Shown here: positions 29,901 to 39,900 of the stretch, piece by piece
How positions within the stretch are numbered: the stretch's first letter is position 1
Layout of the letters: each line of letters begins with the position of its first letter
Origin: Eubacteriales bacterium
GTDB taxonomy: Bacteria > Bacillota > Clostridia > Oscillospirales > UMGS1783
Length of the DNA stretch: 64,000 nucleotides
Direction of reading: 5' to 3'
Assembly: GCA_045595395.1 (NCBI GenBank)
Contig: JAZOAH010000010.1
Span: 32,000 to 95,999, forward strand
Position numbers and translations under genes: made by a program
The notes under the pieces: model-generated
The model's input: the letters and a program-made list of their open reading frames with translations, nothing else
The model's database searches: none
What the model was told of the DNA's origin: nothing

Positions 29901-30426
29901 GGATCTCGAGATAGAAGTTCTCTTTACCGAAAATATCAATATAATTGAGTGCGATCTTCTTAGCTTCCTCGTAATTACCGTGGAGCAATTCACGAGGGAT
30001 CTCGCCTGACAGACAGGCCGACAGGCAGATGAGCCCCTCGCTGTACTCACGCAGCAGCTCCTCATCGACACGGGGCTTGATATAAAAGCCTTCGGTGAAG
30101 GAGCGGGAGACCATTTTACATAGATTATGATAACCGGTGTTGTTCTTGCACAGCAGCACCAGGTGGGAATAGCTGTAGTTAGGGCCACGATGCTTGTCGG
30201 TACGGTGGCCGGGTGCTTTATACACCTCGCAGCCGATAACGGGACGGATGCCCTCGGCCAGGCAGGCTTCATAGAAATCAACGCAGCCGTACATAACGCC
30301 GTGATCGGTGATGGCGCAGGAGGTCTGGCCCATGGCCTTGACCCGCTTGACCAGATCCTTGATCTTACAGGCGCCGTCCAGGAGGCTGTATTCGGTATGG
30401 ATATGTAGGTGGGTAAATCCGGGCAT
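26980..30426 (-). CDS. dnaE: DNA polymerase III alpha subunit
   Basis: HLHIHTEYSLLDG PHP domain, PGRGSAAG, MPDIDIDF, KMDFLGL, YAFNKSH, C-terminal OB fold. Confidence 0.97.
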   Translation of the reverse strand: MPGFTHLHIHTEYSLLDGACKIKDLVKRVKAMGQTSCAITDHGVMYGCVDFYEACLAEGIRPVIGCEVYKAPGHRTDKHRGPNYSYSHLVLLCKNNTGYHNLCKMVSRSFTEGFYIKPRVDEELLREYSEGLICLSACLSGEIPRELLHGNYEEAKKIALNYIDIFGKENFYLEIQDHGLQEQQTVNAGLVRLSCDIGVPLVATNDAHYLARENAYAQKVLLCIQTNHTVDEGSGMDFGTDEFYVKSTEEMNDLFSELPEAVSITDEIAARCNVEFDFKSRHLPNFRTPNNMDHFEYLTMLCEQGLERRYDPVTDELRQQLKFELDTINQMGFVDYFLIVWDFINHAKSQGIPVGPGRGSAAGAIVAYTLGITDIDPVRFSLFFERFLNPERVSMPDIDIDFCTERRGEVIDYVIEKYGSDHVCQIVTFGLMKARSAVRDVGRALGYSYGECDAVAKLIPNDDLKMTIPKALDVNPDLKKLYDEDERVRKLVDTAIMLEGSPRQTGMHAAGVVITNKPVSDYIPLHVSDSSVVTQYPKDTVEHLGLLKMDFLGLRNLTVIQDAIDDIHRTEPDFDPAIMMQYDDQPTYDMLSKGETTGVFQLESPGMKRVLAELQPQNIEDVIAVISLYRPGPMDSIPRYIEGKRHPETVQYDHPLLKDILDVTYGCMVYQEQVMQMVRLLAGYSYGRADLVRRFMAKKKADKMEEERQIFVHGMKDDDGNVVVPGCVANGISEEIANKIYADMAEFAKYAFNKSHAACYADVTYKTAYLKRHYPGQYMAALMTSVIDSTDKVALFREECLSLGLKVLPPDINQSYSGFTSNGHEVRYGLVAIKGIGKACIDGVVAERETSGPFKSLYDFLKRMADGDINKRVVESLIKCGAFDSLGLNRQTLLRSYETIMNSIAGERKANLVGQLSLFGDDFEEAESELYNMCDEFDQKTLLQLEKESAGMYLTGHPMSEYREAVQKLGLPGLSAFQADEDGSYQVRDGQKITVAGIISRLVNKLTKTEATMSFITLEDLTGSAEVIVFPTVREKFQSMLIPDAPVLVRGRVSMRDEEEPKIICDCIEHIHVENSITDKMFIRLDESDTMLEREVKDMLLNSPGQGEVIFYFLQAKKYYRYASPVCITQELVNALQEKLGRSNVVLK

Positions 30427-30438
30427 ATACACCCTCCT

Positions 30439-31311
30439 TTACTTGATATAGTCCTTCAATTTCTTTAAGCGGCGTGCTACTGCGCTTTTGGATACCGGCG
30501 GGTCGCAGTGGGCCCCGATCTCGGTTAGGGAAAATTCGGGATTATCCAATCGCAGTTGGGCACACTCCCGTACCTCCTGTGGCAGGCGGTTAAAGGCGCC
30601 GATGGAGATGAGGGCTTTGATGTCGGCCAACTGGGCATGGGCGGCGTCGACCTGCTTGTCGGCATTGGCGGCGTCGCAGTTGCCACGGCGGTTGATGGAG
30701 GAGCGGACATCCTTTTCGATCTTGGTGTTCATCAGGGAAAAGGCGCAGTTTGTCGCACCCATCAGGGAGAGCAGATCCTCCATGCTTTCGCTGTCACGAT
30801 AATAGCACAGGAAGCGGTTGCCACGGTCGGTCATGGCAGCGGGGTAGCCGAGTTCAGCCAAAAACAGGCTCAGTTCATAGGCGGCTGAGGCGGTGCGAAG
30901 GATAAACTCCATCTGATAGCTCTTGCTTGGGTCGGACAGACGGCCTGCACCCAGGAAGGCGCCACGCAAAAAGGCTTGGCGGCAGCATTCCTTGCGCCGC
31001 AAAGCCGGGTCGGGTCGGCCGAGCGGGCCGATGCCATAGGCGGCATAGATGGGGGCAGGCTCGTTTATATCTAAATTATAGAAATAGCCTTTGGTCGTTT
31101 TAGTCGTTCGGAGCACGGGGGTGATGGAAAAGCGATCCTTGACGGCCTGCTCGATAAAGGAGGACAGGGCGGCGCTTTCGGTGCGCAGCGTGATGCGGTC
31201 CTTTTCCTGCTTGGTGCCCAGCCACAGGGCGGCACAGAGTTTAGCGTCACGGCAGCAGGCCGATTCGGAAACGGCGGCGATCTCTTTTTTTGCGTCCTGA
31301 CAAAAACTCAT
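30439..31311 (-). CDS. whiA: DNA-binding protein WhiA
   Basis: AFLRGAFL, SDPSKSYQMEF, NRRGNCDAAN, LRLDNPEFSL, SKSAV. Confidence 0.9.
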   Translation of the reverse strand: MSFCQDAKKEIAAVSESACCRDAKLCAALWLGTKQEKDRITLRTESAALSSFIEQAVKDRFSITPVLRTTKTTKGYFYNLDINEPAPIYAAYGIGPLGRPDPALRRKECCRQAFLRGAFLGAGRLSDPSKSYQMEFILRTASAAYELSLFLAELGYPAAMTDRGNRFLCYYRDSESMEDLLSLMGATNCAFSLMNTKIEKDVRSSINRRGNCDAANADKQVDAAHAQLADIKALISIGAFNRLPQEVRECAQLRLDNPEFSLTEIGAHCDPPVSKSAVARRLKKLKDYIK

Positions 31312-32171
31312 GAGTGGATCCCCAGTTCACGGTGGACGATCTCGATCTCCTTGCCGCCCAGGCGCAGGTCGGCCGCCAGGCGTTCGGCCATAGCCACCGA
31401 GCGGTGCTGACCGCCGGTGCAGCCGATGCCGATACACAGCGAGGCGCGGCCCTCCTTATTGAGAAGCGGCAGCATGGTCAAGATCAGCTGTTCGATGCGC
31501 TCACACAGATCTTCGGCTTGGGGAAAGGAAAAGACATAGTCGGCCACCGGCGCTTCCAGGCCGGTGCGTGTCTTAAAATCTTTAACATAGAAGGGATTGG
31601 GCAGTCCACGCATATCAAAGACCATATCACACTCGGGCGGCAGACCGTTTTTGTAGCCGAAGGAGAGGATGCGGATGGCGGTATCTCGGGTCTTGCCTAA
31701 CAAATAGGAACTGAGCATGCTCCACAGCTGGCCGATGGTAGTGGTTGAGGTGTCGATGATATAATCGCTGACCTCCATCATGGGCAGCAGCATTTTGCGC
31801 TCATATTCGATGATCTGCTCAATCGTGCCGTCGATACGGCCTGAAAGGGGGTGGGGACGGCGGGATTCCTTATAGCGACGGATGATGACCGGGGTTGAGG
31901 CATCGAAAAAGACGACACGGCAGTTGACCCGCTCATCCCGTTTGAGGGTGCGGATGAGGGTCAAAAGACTGGTGAAATTGTCAGACGAGCGCACGTCAAC
32001 GCCGATGGCGACCTTCGCCATCTTCTCGTTGCTGTTTAAGCACAGATCAACAAAGACGGGGATCAGTTCGGGGGGCATATTGTCTACGCAATAATAATCA
32101 ATATCCTCGATCAGGTTGAGTGCTTTTGATTTTCCGGCACCGGAGAGCCCGGTGACAACGACCAGTTCCAT
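31308..32171 (-). CDS. rapZ: RapZ/YvcJ P-loop protein
   Basis: TGLSGAGKS, CVDNMP, RRPHPL, SFGYKNG, GCTGGQHRSV. Confidence 0.95.
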   Translation of the reverse strand: MELVVVTGLSGAGKSKALNLIEDIDYYCVDNMPPELIPVFVDLCLNSNEKMAKVAIGVDVRSSDNFTSLLTLIRTLKRDERVNCRVVFFDASTPVIIRRYKESRRPHPLSGRIDGTIEQIIEYERKMLLPMMEVSDYIIDTSTTTIGQLWSMLSSYLLGKTRDTAIRILSFGYKNGLPPECDMVFDMRGLPNPFYVKDFKTRTGLEAPVADYVFSFPQAEDLCERIEQLILTMLPLLNKEGRASLCIGIGCTGGQHRSVAMAERLAADLRLGGKEIEIVHRELGIHS

Positions 32172-32175
32172 ATCC

Positions 32176-33081
32176 TTATCCTATAAATTTGATTTCCGGC
32201 TCTAATTCGATGCCGAATTTGTCCATAACTTCGGTCTTGACGATGTTGACCAGTTCCAAAACGTCGCTTGCCTTGGCCCCGCCGACATTGACGATGAAGC
32301 CGGCGTGCTTTACGCTGACCTCGGCGCCGCCGACCCGGCGGCCTTTCAAGCCGCAGTCTTCAATGAGTTTGCCGGCAAAATGACCTTCGGGCCGCTTAAA
32401 TGCGCTGCCGGCGCTGGGCAGTTCCAGCGGTTGTTTTTCCTTGCGTGCTTGGGTGTATTGCTTCATCAGGTCGCTGATCTGGGCCTGGTTGCCGGGAGTC
32501 AACTGCAGATGGGTCTTGACAATGATATGCTGGGTATTCTTGAAAAAGGAGGTGCGATAGCCGAACTTATGCTCATCTCCGGTGAGGATGCAGAGTTTGC
32601 CGGTGTCATCGACATATTCGGTTTGGGTGATGACGTTGCTGATCTGGCGGTTATAGGCGCCGGCATTCATATAAACGGCACCGCCCATCGAGCCGGGGAT
32701 GCCGAAGGCAAATTCCATGCCGGACAGATGATGGTTTTTGGCCAAGGTGGCCACACGGGAGAGGGGGGCGCCGGCCCAGGCTTCAATCAGGCCGTCGTTG
32801 CCGACGGTGATGCGGTGCATACGGTCGGTCAAAATAACAAGGCCACGGATGCCGGCATCGGACACCAGGATGTTTGAGCCGTTACCCAAAGCGGTATAGG
32901 GGATATGTTCGGCACGGCAAAGCTGTACCAGATCGCAGATCTCGCGACGGCGGGTGGGATAGACCACAATATCGGCCGGGCCGCCGATCTGGAAGGTGGT
33001 ATGCCGATTCATTGGCTCGTTGATCAAATAAAATAAACCATTGTAGATGAGATAATCCAGAACAGGTTTGAGAGTAGTCAT
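32176..33081 (-). CDS. murB: UDP-N-acetylmuramate dehydrogenase
   Basis: HTTFQIGGPA, GNGSN, GIPGSMGGAVYMNAGAY, PSAGSAFKRP, KHAGFIVN. Confidence 0.96.
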   Translation of the reverse strand: MTTLKPVLDYLIYNGLFYLINEPMNRHTTFQIGGPADIVVYPTRRREICDLVQLCRAEHIPYTALGNGSNILVSDAGIRGLVILTDRMHRITVGNDGLIEAWAGAPLSRVATLAKNHHLSGMEFAFGIPGSMGGAVYMNAGAYNRQISNVITQTEYVDDTGKLCILTGDEHKFGYRTSFFKNTQHIIVKTHLQLTPGNQAQISDLMKQYTQARKEKQPLELPSAGSAFKRPEGHFAGKLIEDCGLKGRRVGGAEVSVKHAGFIVNVGGAKASDVLELVNIVKTEVMDKFGIELEPEIKFIG

Positions 33082-33093
33082 GTCTTTCTCCGA

Positions 33094-34023
33094 TTAGATT
33101 TCAAGATTGCCCATGATGCGTTCATTGAGTTCTTTGGCAGCATTGTAGCCCAAACCCTTTTGCTGCTGGTTCATGGCGGCCACCTCAACAACGACGGCCA
33201 GGTTTCGGCCGGGACGGACCGGAACGGTCAGCATCGGGATGTTCAGGCCCAGGATCTCGGTGGTGTAGTTTTCCAAGCCCATCCGATCATAGTGCTTGTT
33301 CTCCACCCACTGCTCCAGTTCAATGACCAGGTCGATCTTGCTGACCTCTTTGACGGCCGAGATGCCGAAGAGGTTATGAACGTCGACCACACCGATGCCA
33401 CGCAGTTCAATAAAGTGGCGGATGACGGGCGGAGCACTGCCGAGCAAGGTGATATTGGAAACCCGCTTGATCTCCACCGCATCGTCGGCTACCAGGGAAT
33501 GGCCGCGCTTGATCAGCTCAATGGCCGTTTCGCTCTTGCCGATGCCCGAATCGCCACGCAGCAGTACGCCGACACCGTAGACCTCGATCAGCACGCCATG
33601 GATGGTGATGCGGGGGCAGAGCTGCTTGTTCAGGTAAGCATTGAGGGAGGAGATGACAAAGCTGGTGGCCTCTTGGCTGACGGCCAGAGGCACGCCGTAC
33701 TCCTCGGCAAATTCGCACATTTCGGGGAAGGGCTTATCGCCTCGGGCGATGATGACCAGGGGGACATTCTGAGCAAAGACATTGCGGATAGCCTCCCGAC
33801 GGGCGGCGGGGGCGAGGGTTTCGAGATAGGCCATCTCGACCCGGCCGAACAGTTGGATGCGCAGGTTGTCAAAATGCTCGGTAAAGCCGGTCAGCATCAG
33901 CGCCGGGCGGTTGATGTCGGTGCTCGATATCGGCTTGTCATAGCCGCTGCGGGGCATGTAGACGATCTCCAGATCCAGTTCCCGGAAGACGTCCTTGACA
34001 GGCAGGGTGTATTTGGTGTTCAT
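33094..34023 (-). CDS. hprK: HPr kinase/phosphorylase
   Basis: HGVL, GDSGIGKSE, LVADD, ELRGIG, PVRPGRN. Confidence 0.96.
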   Translation of the reverse strand: MNTKYTLPVKDVFRELDLEIVYMPRSGYDKPISSTDINRPALMLTGFTEHFDNLRIQLFGRVEMAYLETLAPAARREAIRNVFAQNVPLVIIARGDKPFPEMCEFAEEYGVPLAVSQEATSFVISSLNAYLNKQLCPRITIHGVLIEVYGVGVLLRGDSGIGKSETAIELIKRGHSLVADDAVEIKRVSNITLLGSAPPVIRHFIELRGIGVVDVHNLFGISAVKEVSKIDLVIELEQWVENKHYDRMGLENYTTEILGLNIPMLTVPVRPGRNLAVVVEVAAMNQQQKGLGYNAAKELNERIMGNLEI

Positions 34024-34184
34024 GGTGACACGTTCCCCTTATATATTCTTTGGTTATCATATTATACTATAACAAAACGGCAGATACAATTCTTTTTTTG
34101 CGTAAAATGAAAAAAAAGGTTGCTTTTTTTCGCAAGGTATGCTATGATTATTTGGCTATTAAAGAGACCGAGGAGGTGTGTCAA

Positions 34185-34373
34185 ATGGCAAAGTGTGAAG
34201 TTTGCGGCAAAGCAATCGTTTTCGGTAACAATGTTTCCCATTCTCACAGACGCAGCAACAGAGCGTATAAGCCCAACGTTCAGAGAGTCAAGGCTGTTGT
34301 GGACGGCAAGCCGACCCATATCTACGCCTGCACCAGATGCCTGCGCGCCGGTAAGGTAACCCGCGCTATCTAA
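34185..34373 (+). CDS. rpmB: 50S ribosomal protein L28 (Cys-containing form)
   Basis: GGAGG RBS; MAKCEVCGK...GNNVSHSHRR...PNVQ...CTRCLR. Confidence 0.95.
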   Translation: MAKCEVCGKAIVFGNNVSHSHRRSNRAYKPNVQRVKAVVDGKPTHIYACTRCLRAGKVTRAI

Positions 34374-34491
34374 GGCAGTTTATTGATGGTTTTGTTTTAG
34401 CGGAGGATGATTCCTCCGCTATTCGTCGTCTTATGAAAGAAACGAGAAATTGAGTAAAAAAAACTGCGCCTTTCAGCGCATTTTTTTGTAT

Positions 34492-35139
34492 TTATTTTAC
34501 TGTTTCCCAATCCTTGAGGAAGCGATCAATGCCGATGTCGGTCAGCGGATGCTTGATCATCTGCTCGATGACTTTGTAGGGGACGGTGGCGATGTCGGCA
34601 CCGACCTTGGCGCACTCGGTCACATGGACGGAGGTGCGGATGGAGGCGGCGATGATCTCCGACTCGATGCCGTAGATGGAAAAGATATCGGCGATGTCAG
34701 CAATCAGCTGAACGCCGTCCCAGTCGATATCGTCAACACGGCCGACGAAGGGGGAAACATAAGTAGCGCCGGCCTTGGCAGCCAGCAGAGCCTGTGCGGC
34801 CGAGAAGATGAGGGTGACATTGGTCTTGATGCCCTTATCGGTGAGCATCTTGCAGGCCTTCAGACCTTCGGCGCACATCGGCAACTTGATGACAATATTG
34901 GGATTGTCGATCTTCTTGAGCAGTTCTTCGGCTTCAGCGACCATGGCGTTGGCTTCGAGGGAAATGACCTCGGCCGAAATGGGGCCGTCGACAATGGTGG
35001 CGATCTCCTTAACGACCTCAACGAAATCGCGGCCTTCCTTGGCGATCAGGGAGGGGTTGGTGGTTACGCCGCAGATGACGCCCAGCTCATTGGCCTTGCG
35101 GATCTCGTCCACATTGGCGGTGTCAATAAAAAATTTCAT
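34492..35139 (-). CDS. tal: Transaldolase (short FSA/TalC subfamily)
   Basis: [20 protein letters not shown] (Glu), VIKLP, SPFVGR (Phe); Glu/Phe pair indicates transaldolase rather than FSA. Confidence 0.9.
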   Translation of the reverse strand: MKFFIDTANVDEIRKANELGVICGVTTNPSLIAKEGRDFVEVVKEIATIVDGPISAEVISLEANAMVAEAEELLKKIDNPNIVIKLPMCAEGLKACKMLTDKGIKTNVTLIFSAAQALLAAKAGATYVSPFVGRVDDIDWDGVQLIADIADIFSIYGIESEIIAASIRTSVHVTECAKVGADIATVPYKVIEQMIKHPLTDIGIDRFLKDWETVK

Positions 35140-35218
35140 GACAGTTCTCCTTATATTATATTGGCAAGAACATTATACTACATTTTGGAAGAATTTCAAG
35201 TCTTTTATATGAAAATTA

Positions 35219-35248
35219 AAAATGCTGACGGGATTCCGTCAGCATTTT
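35219..35248 (-). terminator. Intrinsic terminator after the surface-protein pair
   Basis: AAAATGCTGACGG-GATT-CCGTCAGCATTTT. Confidence 0.8.
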
Positions 35249-35251
35249 CTC

Positions 35252-36934
35252 TTATTCCTGAGGCTCCTTTTTGAGCACAAGCAGAACGGTGACGGCAGCG
35301 GCCGCCGCAACGATTACGCCGATCACGATCCAGACCCAAAGGGTCTTGCCGGAATCCGGCTGATCGGTAACGGGCGGCTGGTCGGTGTCGGTGTCAATGG
35401 CGTTGTCGGCATTCTTGTCGATGACGGCAAAGGTGCCGGTCTCGGCCGTGCTCACACGGATATTTCCGTCGGTATCCAGGGTGAATTCGACTTTGGTGGC
35501 GCTGCCGTCAGCGGCAACCAGCACGACGGTCATATCCTCTTCGGCCAGCTTGCCGGTGTTGGGCAGGGTCAGAGTGTAGGTGCCGTTGGGGGCGGGGGTA
35601 AAATTGATGCTGTAGGCCTCAAAATTGCTGCCAAAATCGGCTACGGCGTTCTTTACGCCCTCATAGCCGGTATCGGTATCGGCGATGGCGCTAAAGGCGG
35701 TTTGGGTGTCCGTGGCAAAGACCCCTTCCTCGGCCTCTACCGTGATGCCGGTGTTAGCATCGGTCGTACCGCAGGGGATGGTCTGCTGAGTGGCCTCGCC
35801 GCAGTTTTTGCACTTGCCCTCCATCAGGCCGGGTGTAGCGATGGTGGCTTCTCGGACTATGGTGGGATCTTCAAAATCATGGCCGAGGGCGGCTAGGCTA
35901 CGGGTAGCGGTGTCGCCGCAGTTCGAGCAGGTACGCTTCTGGCTGCCGGCGGCGGTGCAGGTGGCGGCTTTGTCGTTGGTCCAGCTTCCGTATTTGTGAC
36001 CCAGGGAGGCCAGGGTGTTGGAGGTGGTTTGTCCGCAGGCCGAGCACTTGCCGGTCTCGGTGCCGGTGGCGGTACAGGTCGGTGCCTTGGTCACCGTCGG
36101 GTTGGAGAATTTATGGCCGGTTGCGGCAATGGCACGGGTTTCGGGTGTGCCGCAGGTATTACAGGTGCGCTTTTGTTCGCCGGCGGTGGTGCAGCCGGGG
36201 ACTTTGGACTGGCTCCAGCCGCTCCATTTGTGGCCGGTTGCGGTAATCGGTCGGGTCTCCGGCGTACCGCAGGTGGAGCAGGTGCGCTTTTCCTGTCCCA
36301 GCGAGGTGCAACCCGGTGCGCTGGTCTGCGACCAGCCGCCGAAGCTATGGCCGGTGGCACTCACGGTGCGGGTCTCAGGAGTGCCGCAAGCACCGCAGGT
36401 GCGCTTTTCCTGGCCGGGCGAAGTGCAGCCGGGTGCGCTGGTCTGCGACCATGCGCTCCAGTTGTGGGAGGCGCAGGCGACGGTCAGCAAAATCGTGTCG
36501 GTATCGGATGCGGAATAAGTGCCGTTTTGCAGGTTGGTGGTTATTGTGATTGAAGTTGTGCCGATCGGTGCACTGTCCTTTACTTTTAACGTAAAGGTAA
36601 ATAAGGTGCCGGTCGTTGTGGTCGGCGTAGTGAAGAGCAGAGCGGCAACCGTGCCGTCAAAATTTTTCATAGCTGCACCGGATGCAGTAGATCCCCAGGA
36701 GATGTCGGATGCAGTTGCACGTTCGAACACATTGGTATCATAGGATGGATGGGTGCCGATGGTGGTGACTGCTTGTTCGAAGGATTGAGCGGAAACGGTC
36801 AGAGTAACGGTGCCGCCACGTTTGATCTGTGTGGCGGATGCGGTGCTGGTAATGCTGACTTGTGCCGCTGATACCGGCAGACAAAGAGCAAGGAGCATCA
36901 GCACGCACAGGAATAAACTAATTGTTTTTTTCAT
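35252..36934 (-). CDS. Membrane-anchored surface protein: signal peptide, cohesin-like domain, six Cys/His 39-aa repeats, C-terminal TM
   Basis: Signal peptide ending VSA; GGTVTLTVS...SYDTNVFE...GTLFTFTLKVKDSAPIG cohesin pattern; repeats H-x12-C-x9-CxxCG; TM WIVIGVIVAAAAAVTVLLVL-KK. Confidence 0.75.
   Translation of the reverse strand: MKKTISLFLCVLMLLALCLPVSAAQVSITSTASATQIKRGGTVTLTVSAQSFEQAVTTIGTHPSYDTNVFERATASDISWGSTASGAAMKNFDGTVAALLFTTPTTTTGTLFTFTLKVKDSAPIGTTSITITTNLQNGTYSASDTDTILLTVACASHNWSAWSQTSAPGCTSPGQEKRTCGACGTPETRTVSATGHSFGGWSQTSAPGCTSLGQEKRTCSTCGTPETRPITATGHKWSGWSQSKVPGCTTAGEQKRTCNTCGTPETRAIAATGHKFSNPTVTKAPTCTATGTETGKCSACGQTTSNTLASLGHKYGSWTNDKAATCTAAGSQKRTCSNCGDTATRSLAALGHDFEDPTIVREATIATPGLMEGKCKNCGEATQQTIPCGTTDANTGITVEAEEGVFATDTQTAFSAIADTDTGYEGVKNAVADFGSNFEAYSINFTPAPNGTYTLTLPNTGKLAEEDMTVVLVAADGSATKVEFTLDTDGNIRVSTAETGTFAVIDKNADNAIDTDTDQPPVTDQPDSGKTLWVWIVIGVIVAAAAAVTVLLVLKKEPQE
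35770..36470 (-). repeat. Intragenic tandem repeat, 6 x 117 bp (39 aa)
   Basis: CCGCAGGT...GCAGGTGCGCTTTTCC and CCGGGTGCGCTGGTCTGCGACCA-like segments recur at 117-bp spacing. Confidence 0.85.
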
Positions 36935-36953
36935 TGTATTATCCTCCGTGTGT

Positions 36954-39900
36954 TTAGCTTAACGGGTACATGGACGGGAACAGGGTGTGATAAAGCAGGA
37001 AAATAACATCATTACTGTTGATTGCGCCATCGTGGTTAAAGTCTGAATTTTGATTAGCCGGATACATGGACGGGAACAGGGTGTGATAGAGCAAGAAAAC
37101 GACATCATTGCTGTTTACTGCTTCATTGCCGTCCATATCGCCGGGAAGAATATGGGTTATTGTAACAAAACCTCCAAATGTTTGATGAGGAATAGTTGCC
37201 TCAAAATTGCCGACCATTTGCTTGAGGGTCATGGCGCATAATATATTGGTCGTGCCTTCGGGTGCATCATCCTTAACGGTAAATGTAAATTTGATGAAAT
37301 TGCCGGAAACGACAGTATTTTCGGCAAAGGTCATAGCGCCAATTAATTCTTCTGTATTCCAATCAGAAACTATGGCCGTATCAAGTAGCCATTCGCCGTC
37401 AATTAGTTCAAGGATGGAATTATCATACATTATGAAAGGAATCCCGATGGTTTTAATTGTGGTTGCCTCTGGAATAGACAAAAAGACCTCTATGGTTTCT
37501 CCGGGACGGCAGTCTACATCACTTACGGCAATTTCAATAGGATCGAGGATGCGAACAGGGACGGTCATCAATTCTGTATTATAGAAAATAGTGGTTTCGG
37601 TGTTGTCATTCATTAAAGTGCCTTTAAAGTCCAACGAAAAGTTAAGATCACATTCCGAAGCATCATCCTTAATCTTAAAGGTCAGTTTGAGAATATTATC
37701 TTGAATATTGGTGTTTTCCAGAAATGTTGCAGCACCAATGCGATTATCATTGTTCCAATCGGATATCAGGGCATTATCCAACAACCACTCTCCGCTTATC
37801 AGCTCTAGTTTTTCCATATCATAACTCAGCTCCTCAATACCAAGAGAGCGAACGGCAATGGATTCGGGAACGGTAAGATAGATATTTATGGTGTCTCCGG
37901 GATGAGGATAAAACGAAGAACAATTAAGATATGCTACATCATGATACACATTATCCGGAGTGTCGGATTCGGTGGAATTGGTGTAATGCCAGGTAGCGTT
38001 AACTATTTTGTCATTGCCTGTTTCATCAATGAAGATATTGGAACGGTCAGTTTCGCTGCCGGCGTACCATACATCGCTAAGGGATGAGCAATGGAGAAAA
38101 GCATTGTTTTCTATTGTTGTAAGGCCTTTCCCAAGGGTAATTTCGGAGATATTATAACTTGTGAGAAATGCACAATTCTCAATCGTTTCCACGCTGGCAG
38201 GAAGTATAACTGAGGTAAGGTTTTCACAGTTAAAAAATGAATCATACCTACCAATCGTTTTTACGCCATCAGGGACAGTATAAGAGGTATTGGTTTTTCC
38301 CGCTGGATAGCAAATTAAAGTAGTGGCATCCTTATTAAATAAAACGCCGTCAATGGAAGAATAATAGGCATTACTGGTATCTACGGTAATATCGGTTAAA
38401 GAATTGCAGTAATTAAAGGCACCAATATCAATCGTGGATACATTTTCATAAAGAGTGATTGATGTTAGACTCTGACAATTGTGGAATGCGCTGGCATCAA
38501 TTCTTAATAGACCGGTGGAGAGAGAAATGAAGTTAAGGCTTGTGCAACCAGAAAATGCTCCATTACCAATAGCAACAACAGTGTTAGCAACCATTACATC
38601 GGTTGCCTTATTGCAATCCCGGAAGGCACTTGAACCAATGCGCATAACACCGGGCTCAATGATAATAGTGTTAATGGAATCTTTTAGATGAGACCATGGC
38701 GCCGGCTCATCGGTAGAGTATTCTGCCATGGCACCGTTGCCGGAAATTGTCAGAGTACTGCCATCAAAAGACCAGGTGCAATCGCCGGTTGTGCCATCGT
38801 TGGAGGGCGGTATAACTGTACTGTCGCCTGTGTCTCCTATCCAAAAGGCCGACAGTGTTACATTTTGATCCCACGTAAAGCTTTCACCTGGCTGATATAA
38901 ATAAAATCCTGTTGGATCTTGCTTATAGACAACAGACTCAAAGTAGAAATTGGTGTTGCGTAAGGTTGCCGTTCCTGTTGCACCCGCTTCAGAAATATAG
39001 GATGCCTTAAAGTTGTTTGCCGTGTCGCTAACCTTTGCAGGGTAAAACGATTCGCCTTGATTTGTATCCTCAATCAGCCAAAAATAGCGAAGCTTGGATG
39101 CTGAATAGGTGCCGTATCCGTCCGGATACTCTTTTACAGTGGCAATGAGACTGTCTTTATTGGGGCCATACATGTATGTATAGTCCGAATTGTGCTCATA
39201 GCCATAGGTATAATATTTATAGCCGGTTTCATAGTCGCCATCGGATGGCTTTTCCGCAACCCATTCGCCGTCTTTAATGGAAGCGACCGGCAATTCCCAG
39301 CCAAGGAAAGTATAGCCGGGTCGGGTCGGTGTTGCGTCGATAAGGGACAGGTCTTCACCCTCGTTTTTGGTTTGGATAGTTGCCTCGTCCCATTCACCGC
39401 CGTTAAGATCAAAAGTGATCGTATAGACATCACCCGAAACCGTAACGGTGCAGGTGGCTTTATGGCTGCCATCTTTTGTTGTTGCCGTAATGGTGGCTTG
39501 TCCCGGAGCAATGCCTTTTACAACGCCGGAAGAAGAAACCGTGGCAACAGCAGTATTGCTGCTTGACCAGGTTACCGCCTTATTGGTAGCATTAGACGGG
39601 GAAACCGTTGCGGACAAGGCGTATGTATTTCCTTTCCCCAAATTTATCTCAGTAGTTGCGAGGGAAACGCTTGTTGCGGCCACAGTTTCATCGGTGGCGT
39701 TAGTTGCACGGGAAATTTCCACATAAGCATATGTACTATAGGGAATTGTGTGTTCCTGCATTTTACAGGTGTTTCCTGTGCTGCCGCCCCAGTTGCTGTC
39801 GAGGACTTTAACGGCGGAACCTGTACAACCAGTATAAATGGCAGCATGTGAATAATTCCCGTTTGTCTTTGATGTGCGGAAAACGAGTATATCGCCTTCT

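Noticed and set aside
35227..35237. Possible att duplication of the tRNA-Glu 3' end (GACGGGA)
   Set aside because: Only a 7-bp match, explained by a terminator stem; no integrase in the window
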